From positions 32,484 through 96,483 of the IMG/VR virus record IMGVR_UViG_3300022907_000005: a stretch of 64,000 nt of DNA; one strand, 5' to 3'. The first letter of the stretch is position 1; every line of letters starts with the position of its first letter. Under the pieces are notes generated by a model. The model saw only the letters and a list, made by a program, of their open reading frames with translations, was not told the DNA's origin and made no database searches. Source of the stretch: a virus. The translations under genes and the position numbers were made by a program. Shown piece after piece: positions 9,664 through 19,903 of the stretch.

Positions 9664-11571
9664 TTAGGCGCCTAACTCTTCAAAACTGATGCCTGTGCGT
9701 GTTGCAACAAACGTCAGAGTGATGAAGTTGATAGATTTAGCAGGCTTCAAGAAGATGTCTGCTCTGAATTGGTTTTGATCAATAACTTCAGCAGTGTTAT
9801 TAGTTTCATCACACACTACTCGGAAGTCATAGACACCTCTTCGACCTTGCACATCGCGCAAGAAAGGGCTAACCAATGAACGGAACTGGGCTCTTGTGAA
9901 ACCATCGTTAAATTCAAATAGTTGGAATTTAGCTGCTGTTGCAATTGCCTTTTCAACTGTAATAAACAATCTACGAACATTGATTCTGTTGAATGCGCTG
10001 TTCTTGTTAAGCAGCGTCTTGTCACCGAATAAGATGATACCTTGTCCTTGTGAACCAACTACTGGGTTGATGCCTGCTTTATAAAGCGTATCTCGGTCTG
10101 CTTTGCTTGGGCTATACGCGAGTTTAACCGCATTCTTGATAGAACCACGTGATGCGCCTGCAGGAGAGAACCAAGGATCAGCCGTTGCGTCAGCCGTAAC
10201 ACATGCACCAGCAATATCACCACTGCAAGGTACCCAACGATACTTGTCGTTATACTTGTCGTACATGTACTTCCAACCGCTGTCCATTGAAGCGTAAGAA
10301 GATCTTGTGTAGTTAGACAATTCAGCAACAAGTGCTGTAGTTTCACTGCCTGCGTTGTTCACTACAGATGCTGACTGCGGTGATACAAACACCATGCAGT
10401 CTTTGCGTACTTCAGCAACGTTATCAATGATAGCGTCTTGTACTATTGCACTGTGCCGACCGCCGATAAGAAGGTTTACGTCAACCAATTCATCGTTAGC
10501 AAAAAGATCGTATCCAGATGTCAACTGACCGTCACTTGGTGCAGCATCTGCGCCTGCGCTTAGAGAATTATCTAAGTCGCTGTCACTTGAAAGCAAAGTA
10601 ACAAATGCTGCGTTACCTACTGTAGATGTGTCCCAATCCGTGCCATTGCTTGGTTTCGTAACAGCCCAAATCCACTTAGAACGATTGTTGATTACATCTT
10701 TGTAGAAATTAGACTGATTAGAATCATCTTTAGCGTCTGATGCTTTAGAGACGCCTGCGAATTTTTCTAGTACTGTTCCTGCACGACCTGTGATTGCGCC
10801 GTCTTCGTCGATAACAATAACGTGTATCTCATCTAGTGATGTGCTGTTATTAGCAGCGTATGCAGATGTTCCTGGAGCACTATCAAACTGATTTGCGTAA
10901 GTCCAAGCTGTAACCATTGTTGCTGTAGCCGCTGCACCGGTGCCGCCGCCGCCAGTAAATGTTATAGCAGGAGCACTTGTGTATCCTAAGCCAGCAAACG
11001 AAACGATTATCGAACCTACTGTATCGCCGGCAAGTACCGCTGTAGCTGTAGCAGTAACACCGCCAGCTGGCGCGGCGTCCACTACCACATCAGGAACAGT
11101 TGTGTAGCCTGAACCAGCAGTATCAACTGCAATAGAAGCAATAGATCCACTACTGAATGTAGTAGAGTCTGCCATTGCTACTTTGAGACTGTTACCCAAA
11201 GAACCTGGGTACTTAGCTGCAAAGACACCTACAGTCTGGGCACCGAGTGCTTCAAAAGCATCTTCGTTTTTGACTAGCAACGCGCCGCCGTTTGCAGTTG
11301 CGTTAGCAGCAGCACCCACTGTTCGTACTACTTTAAGAGCCGATCCATATGCAAGAAAACTTGCGGCTGTTAAAAAGTCTACATTTGCTGTTGTGTTTGG
11401 TTTACCGAATCTCTCTACCAGTTGATTTTCACTTGCAACTGTGATGATCTCATCTGCAGGACCCCAATTGAAGTCGCCTACAAAACCACCGATAGTGGTT
11501 GCGACTGCGGGAACTACGTTTGAGGCATCTTGTTCCTGTACGAGAACGCCAGGGGAAAGCTGAAAAGCCAT
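9664..11571 (-). CDS. gp18: Tail sheath protein gp18
   Basis: SPGVLVQE, PWFSPAG, FNRINVRRLF and KPAKSINFITL motifs. Confidence 0.99.
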   Translation of the reverse strand: MAFQLSPGVLVQEQDASNVVPAVATTIGGFVGDFNWGPADEIITVASENQLVERFGKPNTTANVDFLTAASFLAYGSALKVVRTVGAAANATANGGALLVKNEDAFEALGAQTVGVFAAKYPGSLGNSLKVAMADSTTFSSGSIASIAVDTAGSGYTTVPDVVVDAAPAGGVTATATAVLAGDTVGSIIVSFAGLGYTSAPAITFTGGGGTGAAATATMVTAWTYANQFDSAPGTSAYAANNSTSLDEIHVIVIDEDGAITGRAGTVLEKFAGVSKASDAKDDSNQSNFYKDVINNRSKWIWAVTKPSNGTDWDTSTVGNAAFVTLLSSDSDLDNSLSAGADAAPSDGQLTSGYDLFANDELVDVNLLIGGRHSAIVQDAIIDNVAEVRKDCMVFVSPQSASVVNNAGSETTALVAELSNYTRSSYASMDSGWKYMYDKYNDKYRWVPCSGDIAGACVTADATADPWFSPAGASRGSIKNAVKLAYSPSKADRDTLYKAGINPVVGSQGQGIILFGDKTLLNKNSAFNRINVRRLFITVEKAIATAAKFQLFEFNDGFTRAQFRSLVSPFLRDVQGRRGVYDFRVVCDETNNTAEVIDQNQFRADIFLKPAKSINFITLTFVATRTGISFEELGA

Positions 11572-11617
11572 ATTATTCTCCTCGAATTAAGTTAGCGTTA
11601 TATTATATTACTTTGTT

Positions 11618-11625
11618 TATTTATA
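11618..11625 (-). promoter_or_regulatory. T4 late promoter upstream of gp18
   Basis: TATAAATA overlapping the gp17 stop codon. Confidence 0.8.
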
Positions 11626-13270
11626 AATCTAGTAATTTAGGTTCTTCAAATAACCACAAATCTCCACCCATCACTTCCATTTCCTGCTGTTGTCCATCAT
11701 CAATAATTCCAAAAGGTGTCAAATCGTTTTCAATTGCCCGCATTTCTGAATTATACAGACCTTCTCTAACATTAACATTTGTCAAGTCCGAGAAAAATGT
11801 GTTGGTTGTAACCCAGCCAAACAAGACCAAGCACATTGCTAAATCATCGTTGTAACCTTCGTCAGCCTGATAAGAACCACTTCGTTCAATAAACGTTGAT
11901 AGCTCTGATATAATTTCTGGGTCAAATAAAAGAAGTTTTCGTTCTTCCATCAAACTTTTGAAACTAAAACACCCCTGTCTCTTCACTGCTTTAGATGTAG
12001 TTACACCTAATCGCGCTGCTTTACCGAAGCCAGGAGTTATGTATTGTCTGTTGTTCTCTGTGACTGTTGTGAATATATTCTCATATTCATTTTCCTGATG
12101 CAGAATAGTGAGAACCTGTTGCCCAATATCATTTGCTTCTACTAGAATAAATGCATCATTATAGTCTTTACCTACTTTCTCTATAATATTTGGATATAAT
12201 AACGGAGAAATCTTGTTGTGTCGATATTTACCTACGACGGTGTATGGCATCTGTGTCACATCGACAACAACAAACGCAGAGTAGTCACCACCAACGCCTC
12301 TAGCAACGTCAGCGACTAGTATGTAATAGTTATTTGCTTTCGGCTCTTCGTAAATATCTAAGCCATCTTTAGAGTATATTGGCACTTTAGCACTAAGAGA
12401 TCCTAGTGTTTTGCCGTTGATAAGTGTATTAGAGGATCCTAAAAATTCACACAATACCTCTTGGTTGAATTTCAATTCACCTAATAGCTGTAACTGTTGT
12501 TCTGCCCATGCATCATCTCTGCCAGGAATCTCACTGTAATGAATGAACATGTGCTCAAACCCGTTACGCTTCTCTACAGAATCGTTCCAAAACTTCCAGA
12601 AGTGATTATAACCTAACGGCGTAGATGTCAAAAGAATCTTTGTCGTTTTACCAGCAGAAATCGTAGGATATACAGAAGTAAAAAATTGTTCTGCTACATT
12701 GTTAGGAATGATTGCAGCCTCGTCAATGTATAGCCAGTTTACAGATTTGCCTCGAATACCAGAAGCAGTTGTTGCCGCAGTGAATACTCTAGATCCGTTT
12801 TCTAAATCAACATCACCCTTGTTCCAAGTCTTTACGCCTTGTTGCATCCATATAGGCAAATTTTCATACATGATTTGATAACGAGCAAGTACTTCCATCG
12901 CCGCCTTACTTTTATTCGCCATGATAGCAACAGTCTTGCTGTCTTGAAATATAGTGTAATGAAGAATACACGCAGCCGCAGTTACTGTTTTACCTTGCTG
13001 CCTTCCTTCCATAAGAATGCAGCGTCGATTGTCCATAATAAATTTGACTTTTTCTTTCTGACAATCGTACAATTTGAATGGCTGCAACCCTGTATCTAGC
13101 GTGACAATCATACAATAGGTTTCAATAAAATATATAGGGTCTCCCATACATTTTTGATATTCTATAATCTGCTCAGGCGTCCACTCATGATTATGCCCGA
13201 TTGATTTTAGATTTGGATTACCGTGGTAAGAAGTTGCTTCTTGATTAGTCAGTTGCGGAATCATGCTCAA
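11621..13270 (-). CDS. gp17: Terminase large subunit gp17
   Basis: YHGNPNLK, RQQGKT Walker A, YIDEAA Walker B, STPLGYNHF and DDLAM motifs; no intein or intron visible. Confidence 0.99.
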   Translation of the reverse strand: MSMIPQLTNQEATSYHGNPNLKSIGHNHEWTPEQIIEYQKCMGDPIYFIETYCMIVTLDTGLQPFKLYDCQKEKVKFIMDNRRCILMEGRQQGKTVTAAACILHYTIFQDSKTVAIMANKSKAAMEVLARYQIMYENLPIWMQQGVKTWNKGDVDLENGSRVFTAATTASGIRGKSVNWLYIDEAAIIPNNVAEQFFTSVYPTISAGKTTKILLTSTPLGYNHFWKFWNDSVEKRNGFEHMFIHYSEIPGRDDAWAEQQLQLLGELKFNQEVLCEFLGSSNTLINGKTLGSLSAKVPIYSKDGLDIYEEPKANNYYILVADVARGVGGDYSAFVVVDVTQMPYTVVGKYRHNKISPLLYPNIIEKVGKDYNDAFILVEANDIGQQVLTILHQENEYENIFTTVTENNRQYITPGFGKAARLGVTTSKAVKRQGCFSFKSLMEERKLLLFDPEIISELSTFIERSGSYQADEGYNDDLAMCLVLFGWVTTNTFFSDLTNVNVREGLYNSEMRAIENDLTPFGIIDDGQQQEMEVMGGDLWLFEEPKLLDL

Positions 13271-13682
13271 TCACTTCTTTTTTTGCACTCAATGCTTTTA
13301 ACAAGTCAGAGGTGCTACCATTAAATAAAATGTTTGTTTGATTTTCTATTTTCGATGCTTGCTTAGGATCTGTGAGATCGATCTTCTGTTTCTTTTCTTG
13401 TATTTCCATAGCATCTTTTGCTTGATCAGACATCAACTTGATAGCTTGCACTGCAACCTCAAATGCTCTTGGGTTGTCGCTATTTTGCGCGACTTCTAAT
13501 ATACTTTGTACAGCAGATTCACTGTAAGCCATTGCGCGTTTTAAACTACTCCTAGCTTCCTGAAAATCATGTTCTAGTTGTTCGTCTTTTTTACCAACAG
13601 GAACAATAGGCCTAGAAATTTCTTCAGCCTCAGTCATTGTGCCAAAAGTTTTATCTAACGCATCAAATACTTTATTAGACAT
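13245..13682 (-). CDS. gp16: Terminase small subunit gp16
   Basis: PRAFEV and FNGSTSDLLK motifs; probable start MSNKV at 13682. Confidence 0.92.
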   Translation of the reverse strand: MSNKVFDALDKTFGTMTEAEEISRPIVPVGKKDEQLEHDFQEARSSLKRAMAYSESAVQSILEVAQNSDNPRAFEVAVQAIKLMSDQAKDAMEIQEKKQKIDLTDPKQASKIENQTNILFNGSTSDLLKALSAKKEVIEHDSATD

Positions 13683-14664
13683 AGGTTTCATCAAACTCCT
13701 CCAAGAATCGATATGCATCATCTATTGTTTGTGACCCTGCATCTGGTCCCTCTATAGTAACTGTTGGCGCACTAACATATCCAGATCCAGCATCGTCAAT
13801 AACAATGCTGCCTATCTTATCACCATCCATAACTGCGTGTGCCCTTGCGTTTCCTGTAAGAGTAACGTTAGGTTCTGTTGTATATTTTGTACCTGCATAA
13901 GTAAGCGTAATTGCGTTTACCGCATCACCTGAAATTGTAGCAGTAGCGGTTGCTCTTGCATCTTCTACACTATACGTCTGTCTGACAAATGCCCCCTGAA
14001 AGTCTGGGTTCTGATATATTGTAGAAATAGCCTCTCGTATAACACTTTGATTTGATACATAACCGTAAAAATTTAATTTCATGTTAAAATTCAAAGTCCA
14101 GATTATACTCTGTCGATCTGCAAATGTTCCAGCAGTGTTATCTTCATACGAGATACCATCTAAGACAATCTTTATGTCTCGTTTTATATCCATTTCAGGC
14201 AAATCATTCAATGTGATATTAAAATCAGGATTGAAGTATGGTAAAATTTGTTCTAATATTTGAAGCCCGTCTTCTTGGTTCTTAGCAAAGATATACAATG
14301 CAAGATTCATATCATATGGTGTTGATACGAATTGACGAGTGACATTCAATGCATCCGAGCTTATCGTCTTTCGATGTTTTTGTATCTGTGATATTTTTCT
14401 ACTAGGATCATATTGCAGCCCTAGAATTTCAAATCCCATTCTAGGTAGAATAATTGCAACATCGCCTCTTGATTCTACTGTCGGTGTCTGCTCAATGCGA
14501 GTTAAGAATTTTTGTTTTGTAGAGTATGCTAAAGGCACTCTAAGATTCTGTACCGCTACATCCGATGTATTCTTTCTTTCAATATTAATACCATTGAAAA
14601 TTGTGCCAAAAGCAATTATTGCTTTGCGTACATGCTCATGGTAAAACTGCTTGCCTTTAAACAT
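13675..14664 (-). CDS. gp15: Tail sheath stabiliser gp15 with a C-terminal GSGY beta-module extension
   Basis: FGTIFNGI, VPLAYS, LPRMGFE and QILEQILPYFNP motifs. Confidence 0.93.
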   Translation of the reverse strand: MFKGKQFYHEHVRKAIIAFGTIFNGINIERKNTSDVAVQNLRVPLAYSTKQKFLTRIEQTPTVESRGDVAIILPRMGFEILGLQYDPSRKISQIQKHRKTISSDALNVTRQFVSTPYDMNLALYIFAKNQEDGLQILEQILPYFNPDFNITLNDLPEMDIKRDIKIVLDGISYEDNTAGTFADRQSIIWTLNFNMKLNFYGYVSNQSVIREAISTIYQNPDFQGAFVRQTYSVEDARATATATISGDAVNAITLTYAGTKYTTEPNVTLTGNARAHAVMDGDKIGSIVIDDAGSGYVSAPTVTIEGPDAGSQTIDDAYRFLEEFDETYV

Positions 14665-15412
14665 CTAATTCACCAAATGGGTTTAATTCTGAGAAGTCTA
14701 AAATGTCACCTGCAGTTTCTTCATTGGTGAAATCTTGATTATCGCCTGCAACACCTGGTTTGACTGAGAAGTCTTCTTTGATTATAGCACCACCAGATTC
14801 AAGCAACAGTCTGTCACCATCTTCTTTCTGCAATTCAAACAACCGCTGATCCAATGAATTGTCATCTTCAATCTGATCAATCGCGCCAATACCTGTAGTA
14901 ATCTCCTCTGAACTATATTCAAACAATTCAGCGGTTATTCTAAACGTGTAAATTTTACCTAGCTGATAGAAAGGATTCTGAAACTCTACAAACTTAATTT
15001 CAAACAGTGAACGAGTTTTGCCAAAGTAAAGTAGATCGCCTTCCATTGGTCTAGCGCCATCTTGCACAAAATCGCCACCAGTACTATTACTAACAACCAA
15101 TTCATCCCATCTACGTCTCGCAAGAATGAAAGTTGCTTGGTCGCGAGTCTCCAATCCAAAGCGACTGAATAACTCACCATCGCCTTCGTAGCCAGCAACG
15201 TTTTCCATATACATTTCTAGTGGATATGCTTGTGTAAATTTAGATAGAGAATCTTCATCAAAGATTGTATCTCTATTTACAAAAGTTCTAGGCAAGTAAT
15301 AGACATCGTGTCCGTAAATCTTTAAGGATTCGATTACTAGGTCTTCTACAAGTAACTGCTCACTTGTGGTACCCGATGTGTCTCCACTTTGAAAATAGAA
15401 ATTTGTTGGCAC
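14657..15412 (-). CDS. gp14: Neck protein gp14
   Basis: GTG start; YGHDVYYLPR, RPMEGDLLYF, PFYQLGK, ELFEYSSE and NPFGE motifs. Confidence 0.95.
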   Translation of the reverse strand: MPTNFYFQSGDTSGTTSEQLLVEDLVIESLKIYGHDVYYLPRTFVNRDTIFDEDSLSKFTQAYPLEMYMENVAGYEGDGELFSRFGLETRDQATFILARRRWDELVVSNSTGGDFVQDGARPMEGDLLYFGKTRSLFEIKFVEFQNPFYQLGKIYTFRITAELFEYSSEEITTGIGAIDQIEDDNSLDQRLFELQKEDGDRLLLESGGAIIKEDFSVKPGVAGDNQDFTNEETAGDILDFSELNPFGELDV

Positions 15413-15413
15413 G

Positions 15414-16388
15414 TTAGCCTACCATAAATGCGGGAGGAAGTTCGTACTTAGATTGCATTTCTTCTTCAGTCTGTTGAATTTCTGCAACCGCTTCTTGAAA
15501 TATCTGATCTCCGTTGAGTATCACACCACCTGGCAATTGAATGCCGCCAAACTTTTTCATGTTCTCTCCCCACTGTCTTTTAATAAGTGCAGTAGTGTAT
15601 TTCTTTAAAAACATGTCGTTATACACTTCAGCGTAATCGGTGCCTGCAATCATAGCCTGACCTTCAGCAATCACATAGTCGCCAACATCGAATGTCTTAT
15701 CAAAGTCTGTGTCAATGTAAAGTCTATTAGTTTTTCGATTGAATCGTATTTGTCTTTCAGTAACGAAAATGCTTTCTAGTGTAGATAAGTGAGTTTTCAC
15801 CATAGAGTAATATGTCAAGTCTGCACTGAGTAAATTGTACAAGTCATTCAATGCAAATTGATAATCAACATCAAACAAGCCGTCTGACTTGCCGCCAGTT
15901 GTCGCGCCAAACTTAAACATTCTAGTAACGCCAAGAATATTGTCACCTATAGGAATGTAGCCGTTTTCTAAGTCGCCTTTAGAGTATGCGGTAGACGAAG
16001 ATGTGGTTGTAGCATATCCAGACTGATTGCCTGTAATGGTTTCAGATAAAGAAAAAGTTGCGCCACCAGGCTTTACATTATCTACGGTGATTTCTGCACC
16101 ATCTGTACTGACAACAATCGCGGTTGTTCCCGAAGTACCACCAGTAACAGTTTCACCAACAGTAAAGTTGTTAGCCAAGGATGCTTGTAATGTGATCTTT
16201 GACCCTGTAAGTTTGTGTTTGATGTAGGCTCTTTCGGTACCATCAAAGTGATACTCTTGCCAAAATTGGATTGCGTCATCTACGCGATCACTTACCTGAT
16301 CGTCATCCACATTGATTTCAATAACAGGAAAGCCCAGTCTGCGTAAGCTATAATCAATCAACTCTTGTCTTGATGCTAGTACAGCCAT
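15414..16388 (-). CDS. gp13: Neck protein gp13
   Basis: LRRLGFPVIEINV, KRQWGENMKKF and LPGGVILNG motifs. Confidence 0.96.
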   Translation of the reverse strand: MAVLASRQELIDYSLRRLGFPVIEINVDDDQVSDRVDDAIQFWQEYHFDGTERAYIKHKLTGSKITLQASLANNFTVGETVTGGTSGTTAIVVSTDGAEITVDNVKPGGATFSLSETITGNQSGYATTTSSSTAYSKGDLENGYIPIGDNILGVTRMFKFGATTGGKSDGLFDVDYQFALNDLYNLLSADLTYYSMVKTHLSTLESIFVTERQIRFNRKTNRLYIDTDFDKTFDVGDYVIAEGQAMIAGTDYAEVYNDMFLKKYTTALIKRQWGENMKKFGGIQLPGGVILNGDQIFQEAVAEIQQTEEEMQSKYELPPAFMVG

Positions 16389-16404
16389 CAGTATCTCCTA
16401 GTTA

Positions 16405-17007
16405 TTATGGATCGTAAGCGTATAGTTCTGCTCTGAGTGCAGTCAATTCCGCTTGTACATAAGCCGTAGTAGCAATCTGCGTGGTGTTTGTACCTGCAGA
16501 TGCTGTTGGTGCAGCAGGAGTTCCAGTCAACGTGGGGCTTGCTAATGGAGCCTTTGCTGCCAATGCGTTTGTTGTCGTTGTCGCATAGTTCGCGTCATCA
16601 CCAAGTGCTGCTGCTAATTCGTTCAGCGTATCTAATGCACCAGGAGCAGAGTCAACTAAATTCCCTACCGCAGTATCAACATAACTTCTTGTCGCAATTG
16701 TGCTAGTATCAACCGTAAGTGTACCCGACGAAATGCCTATGCCAGTACCTGCTGTCAAATATGAATCGATTTCACTGTCTACCCTAGCGTTAGTAAAGTA
16801 CAGATTGGTGCTACCTTCACCAATATCATCAGTATCTCCAGTGACATTAGTTAAATCGGCAAGCAATAAAGATTTACCGCCCTGTGTTGAGCCATCATGC
16901 ACTCGCAAATGGTAATCTGTGGTGCTGACGGATAGTTCTCCCTGAGCACCGGTAAACACATTATTCTGAGTAGTTGTCCCTCTTCTAAATTGTACTTGTT
17001 TAGGCAT
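16405..17007 (-). CDS. Short fibre protein with an Mtd-N-like N-terminus
   Basis: QFRRGT...GELSV...VHDGSTQGG N-terminus, EGSTNLYFT repeat, APGALDTLNELAAALG and PTLTGTPAAPT fibre motifs. Confidence 0.7.
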   Translation of the reverse strand: MPKQVQFRRGTTTQNNVFTGAQGELSVSTTDYHLRVHDGSTQGGKSLLLADLTNVTGDTDDIGEGSTNLYFTNARVDSEIDSYLTAGTGIGISSGTLTVDTSTIATRSYVDTAVGNLVDSAPGALDTLNELAAALGDDANYATTTTNALAAKAPLASPTLTGTPAAPTASAGTNTTQIATTAYVQAELTALRAELYAYDP

Positions 17008-17032
17008 GTATCCTACTCCTATATATTACATC

Positions 17033-17040
17033 TATTTATA
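17033..17040 (-). promoter_or_regulatory. T4 late promoter
   Basis: TATAAATA upstream of the ORF starting at 17007. Confidence 0.75.
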
Positions 17041-17058
17041 ATAAATTTTAAGACCAGT

Positions 17059-19893
17059 TTATTGGTAGAAAATATAAAATCTACCAGTGGTGTGATTGGT
17101 GTTCAGAACAACATTTTCTGATGAAAATTTTGTTGGCCCATACTCATAAAGCGATAAATTGTTGGTATCCCTATAAGCCATAAAACTATAATCGCTTCCA
17201 GTTAGAGTGGCACCTGATGTTTCACTCCACCAATGTACTCTAAAGCTAGTAAAAAACCCAAAGTTATTTGGATTGATTGTTGTTGTAGGTGCAGGCTTAA
17301 CGTTAGCACCCTCAATTGTCGAGCGAGCAACCATCGCATAATTCTCAAGATTATCTCCCCACACATACCAAACACGATTAGCTGTTGTGGCTGCTCGTAC
17401 AGCTTGGAAAGCTGAGTCACTTAATATAACGTTAGTGGAATCTGAAGGAAGTGGATTACCTTCTGTAACACTGACTCCGCCAACTGGTTGCCAATCTGGT
17501 GAGTTAAACGTAGCAACCAACGTTCCGTAGGTTGGATGAGTATAATTACCTACAGAAATCGCATCTGTACCTAATGACGTAACACTGCCAGACGTACCTC
17601 CGCCTTCTGTATAGTTAGCAGTGACGGTGATAACAGCGTCCAGATCTGCTTCTACTAGTGTATATGTAGTAGCGGTGGCACCTGTAATAGCTACCCCGTC
17701 TCGATTCCACTGATAACTGATGGCACTGATGCCATCACCATCAGCCAGATTATTAGAAGCAGTTAGCGTTGAGCCTAGTATTGATTCACCATTAATAATC
17801 GCAGTGCCTGTTGTTAAGTAGTACGCCTCAGTTGGTCCTGGGCTATCATACATAAAATTCCCAACACTACTGCGTACTATCAATGTAAGCGCATCGCCAG
17901 ATAAGTATACGCTGCTAAATTTAGTATACGATGAAACATCTGGTAATATTGGCACAGGATCTTGTGCCCAGGTTTCTCCTGTTTTAGTAAAGGATCGTAC
18001 TATACCTGTGTTGTCATCACCGACCGCGATATTGCTACCTGATACAATTCTGTCACCTGAGTTACTCATACTGTTGTATGTAAATATATTACCGTCAGGC
18101 GAAGTTATATCAGCTTGCTGCGTCCAGGTTGCGTCTGATCGAGTGAATAAGTTAAGCGCAGTAGAAGTAAAGTCCCGTGAGATTAAGGTATTTCCATCAC
18201 CCGATAACTGGAGCCCGCCACCGAAATAAACATACGGGTCCGTGCCGTCGCTTATCTTGGCCTGGAAGTTGTATGTGTGAGGCCAGGAGAAACTGCCATC
18301 TACAGCTCTGTTTCGTGTATAGATATATATGGCACCAGCGGTGGAGTCGTCGGCAGTGGCACCGATGGCGAGGGTACTTGCATCATTAGAGATCTTAACA
18401 TCAGATCCATACCGGGCTCCGGCTTCTTGTTGGCCTATAGTAGAAGCCAGCAGTTTGATCTGATTGCTAAATCCCTGGCCATGGGCGGCACGTTGATAAA
18501 CATAAACAGCACCAGCATCAGCGCCAGCTGCATCTTCCCACTGGGCACCGGCTATTAGAGTGTTACCATCACCAGATATACTGACTGTGCTGCCAAACTG
18601 ATCACCATCCTGTTTATCACTGGCTTGTAGATACTGCGTCAGTGACCAGGATGTACCATTTCTGCTATAAACATAAGCGGCGCCCGCGTTGGCAGGAGTC
18701 TCTCTTTGCCTTCTACTGCCTACAACAATGGTATTGCCATCATCAGAGATTGCGCAACTATATCCGTAGATATCACGGTCGCCTGACAGGTTGCCACTAC
18801 CCTGATATGTAGCCTGTATTGCCCAGCTTGAGCCTGTCCTAGCAAGGAACCATGCCTTTCCTGCATAATCTGCCGTGGTAGTCTGATATGCGTTAGTATA
18901 GACAGCAGTGTTGCCGTCGCCTGAAATAGCAAATGTTTCTTTAAGTGGGCCCACTGTGGTAGGCTGAATTAAAGTGCCTTCTTGTATGTAAATAGGATCC
19001 GGTAGAGGTTCTGGAGCTACCGTCGACCACATAGACTCACCCCAACTGTATGTACCTGAATGTACGCCATGAGTATTATTGTTAGCAGACAATTCATAAG
19101 TAGTAGCATCCATAGTCTGCGCTGTTACTGCATTAGTTAGCGTTGCACCGGTGGTGCCAGGAGCATATCTAAATGCATTATTATTCAGAATTAGACCTGA
19201 CCCGCCAGCATAGTCGTTTGTACCATTTTCAGTAGTGTAAAAACTACAGTTGTTTAACACAGACGTGTTAACTTGACTATTGTCATACTGTAAAGCCCAG
19301 TTACCATTCGCATTGGTTTCTTGAAACACACAGTTGTAAAAGTCACCTTGGCTGTATGCCGTCGAACCGTTAAACATGCCTACAGAATAAGAGTTTGATT
19401 TTCCATTGTTGTTTCTTTTTAGAATTGCGCCATACACTGCGCTATTAGTGTTTTGTAAGTTTACCATAGCGGCATCACGTTGAGCAGTGGTAGCCGTCCA
19501 CTGAAATACCACCTGTCCAGCTGCACAAAAGAAAGTTCTAGGTAAATTGCCATCGCTGAACCCAGCAGTAGTAAATTGTGGTACCTGTGGGCCTACTGTA
19601 ACTGGTGTAAGATCATAAACGCCTGGCTTGATCACATACATTACAGCAGTGCCGATGGCAGCAGTCTGAGATTGAGCATAACTTAATGTCTGATAAGCAG
19701 TAGCATCAGTGTCTCCATTATTACTGTCGGACCCATTGGTGATATCAATATACTTTTTATCACCTGAAAATGAATTGATAAAGCTAGTAGCCACCGAGCC
19801 AAAATTTGGGACAAACGGGATAACCGGATCTAAGAAACGTTTTAGTGTTTTACCTGCTAGAATTTTACCTGAAAATGATGTAATACGTGGCAT
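17059..19893 (-). CDS. Mosaic adhesin / receptor-binding protein candidate (beta-helix, FG-GAP propeller, Ig-like domain)
   Basis: N-terminal GSDSNNGD...AYQTL beta-helix start; repeated FG.SV.ISGDGNTL..GA...GAVYVY blades; GDG...ISYQWNRDG...TYTLV.ADL Ig-like domain. Confidence 0.65.
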   Translation of the reverse strand: MPRITSFSGKILAGKTLKRFLDPVIPFVPNFGSVATSFINSFSGDKKYIDITNGSDSNNGDTDATAYQTLSYAQSQTAAIGTAVMYVIKPGVYDLTPVTVGPQVPQFTTAGFSDGNLPRTFFCAAGQVVFQWTATTAQRDAAMVNLQNTNSAVYGAILKRNNNGKSNSYSVGMFNGSTAYSQGDFYNCVFQETNANGNWALQYDNSQVNTSVLNNCSFYTTENGTNDYAGGSGLILNNNAFRYAPGTTGATLTNAVTAQTMDATTYELSANNNTHGVHSGTYSWGESMWSTVAPEPLPDPIYIQEGTLIQPTTVGPLKETFAISGDGNTAVYTNAYQTTTADYAGKAWFLARTGSSWAIQATYQGSGNLSGDRDIYGYSCAISDDGNTIVVGSRRQRETPANAGAAYVYSRNGTSWSLTQYLQASDKQDGDQFGSTVSISGDGNTLIAGAQWEDAAGADAGAVYVYQRAAHGQGFSNQIKLLASTIGQQEAGARYGSDVKISNDASTLAIGATADDSTAGAIYIYTRNRAVDGSFSWPHTYNFQAKISDGTDPYVYFGGGLQLSGDGNTLISRDFTSTALNLFTRSDATWTQQADITSPDGNIFTYNSMSNSGDRIVSGSNIAVGDDNTGIVRSFTKTGETWAQDPVPILPDVSSYTKFSSVYLSGDALTLIVRSSVGNFMYDSPGPTEAYYLTTGTAIINGESILGSTLTASNNLADGDGISAISYQWNRDGVAITGATATTYTLVEADLDAVITVTANYTEGGGTSGSVTSLGTDAISVGNYTHPTYGTLVATFNSPDWQPVGGVSVTEGNPLPSDSTNVILSDSAFQAVRAATTANRVWYVWGDNLENYAMVARSTIEGANVKPAPTTTINPNNFGFFTSFRVHWWSETSGATLTGSDYSFMAYRDTNNLSLYEYGPTKFSSENVVLNTNHTTGRFYIFYQ

Positions 19894-19903
19894 ATATTTC
19901 GCC

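Noticed and set aside
560-13270. Introns, inteins or homing endonucleases in uvsW, gp23, gp20 and gp17
   Set aside because: The ORFs are continuous and of normal length; no splicing or endonuclease motifs were seen.
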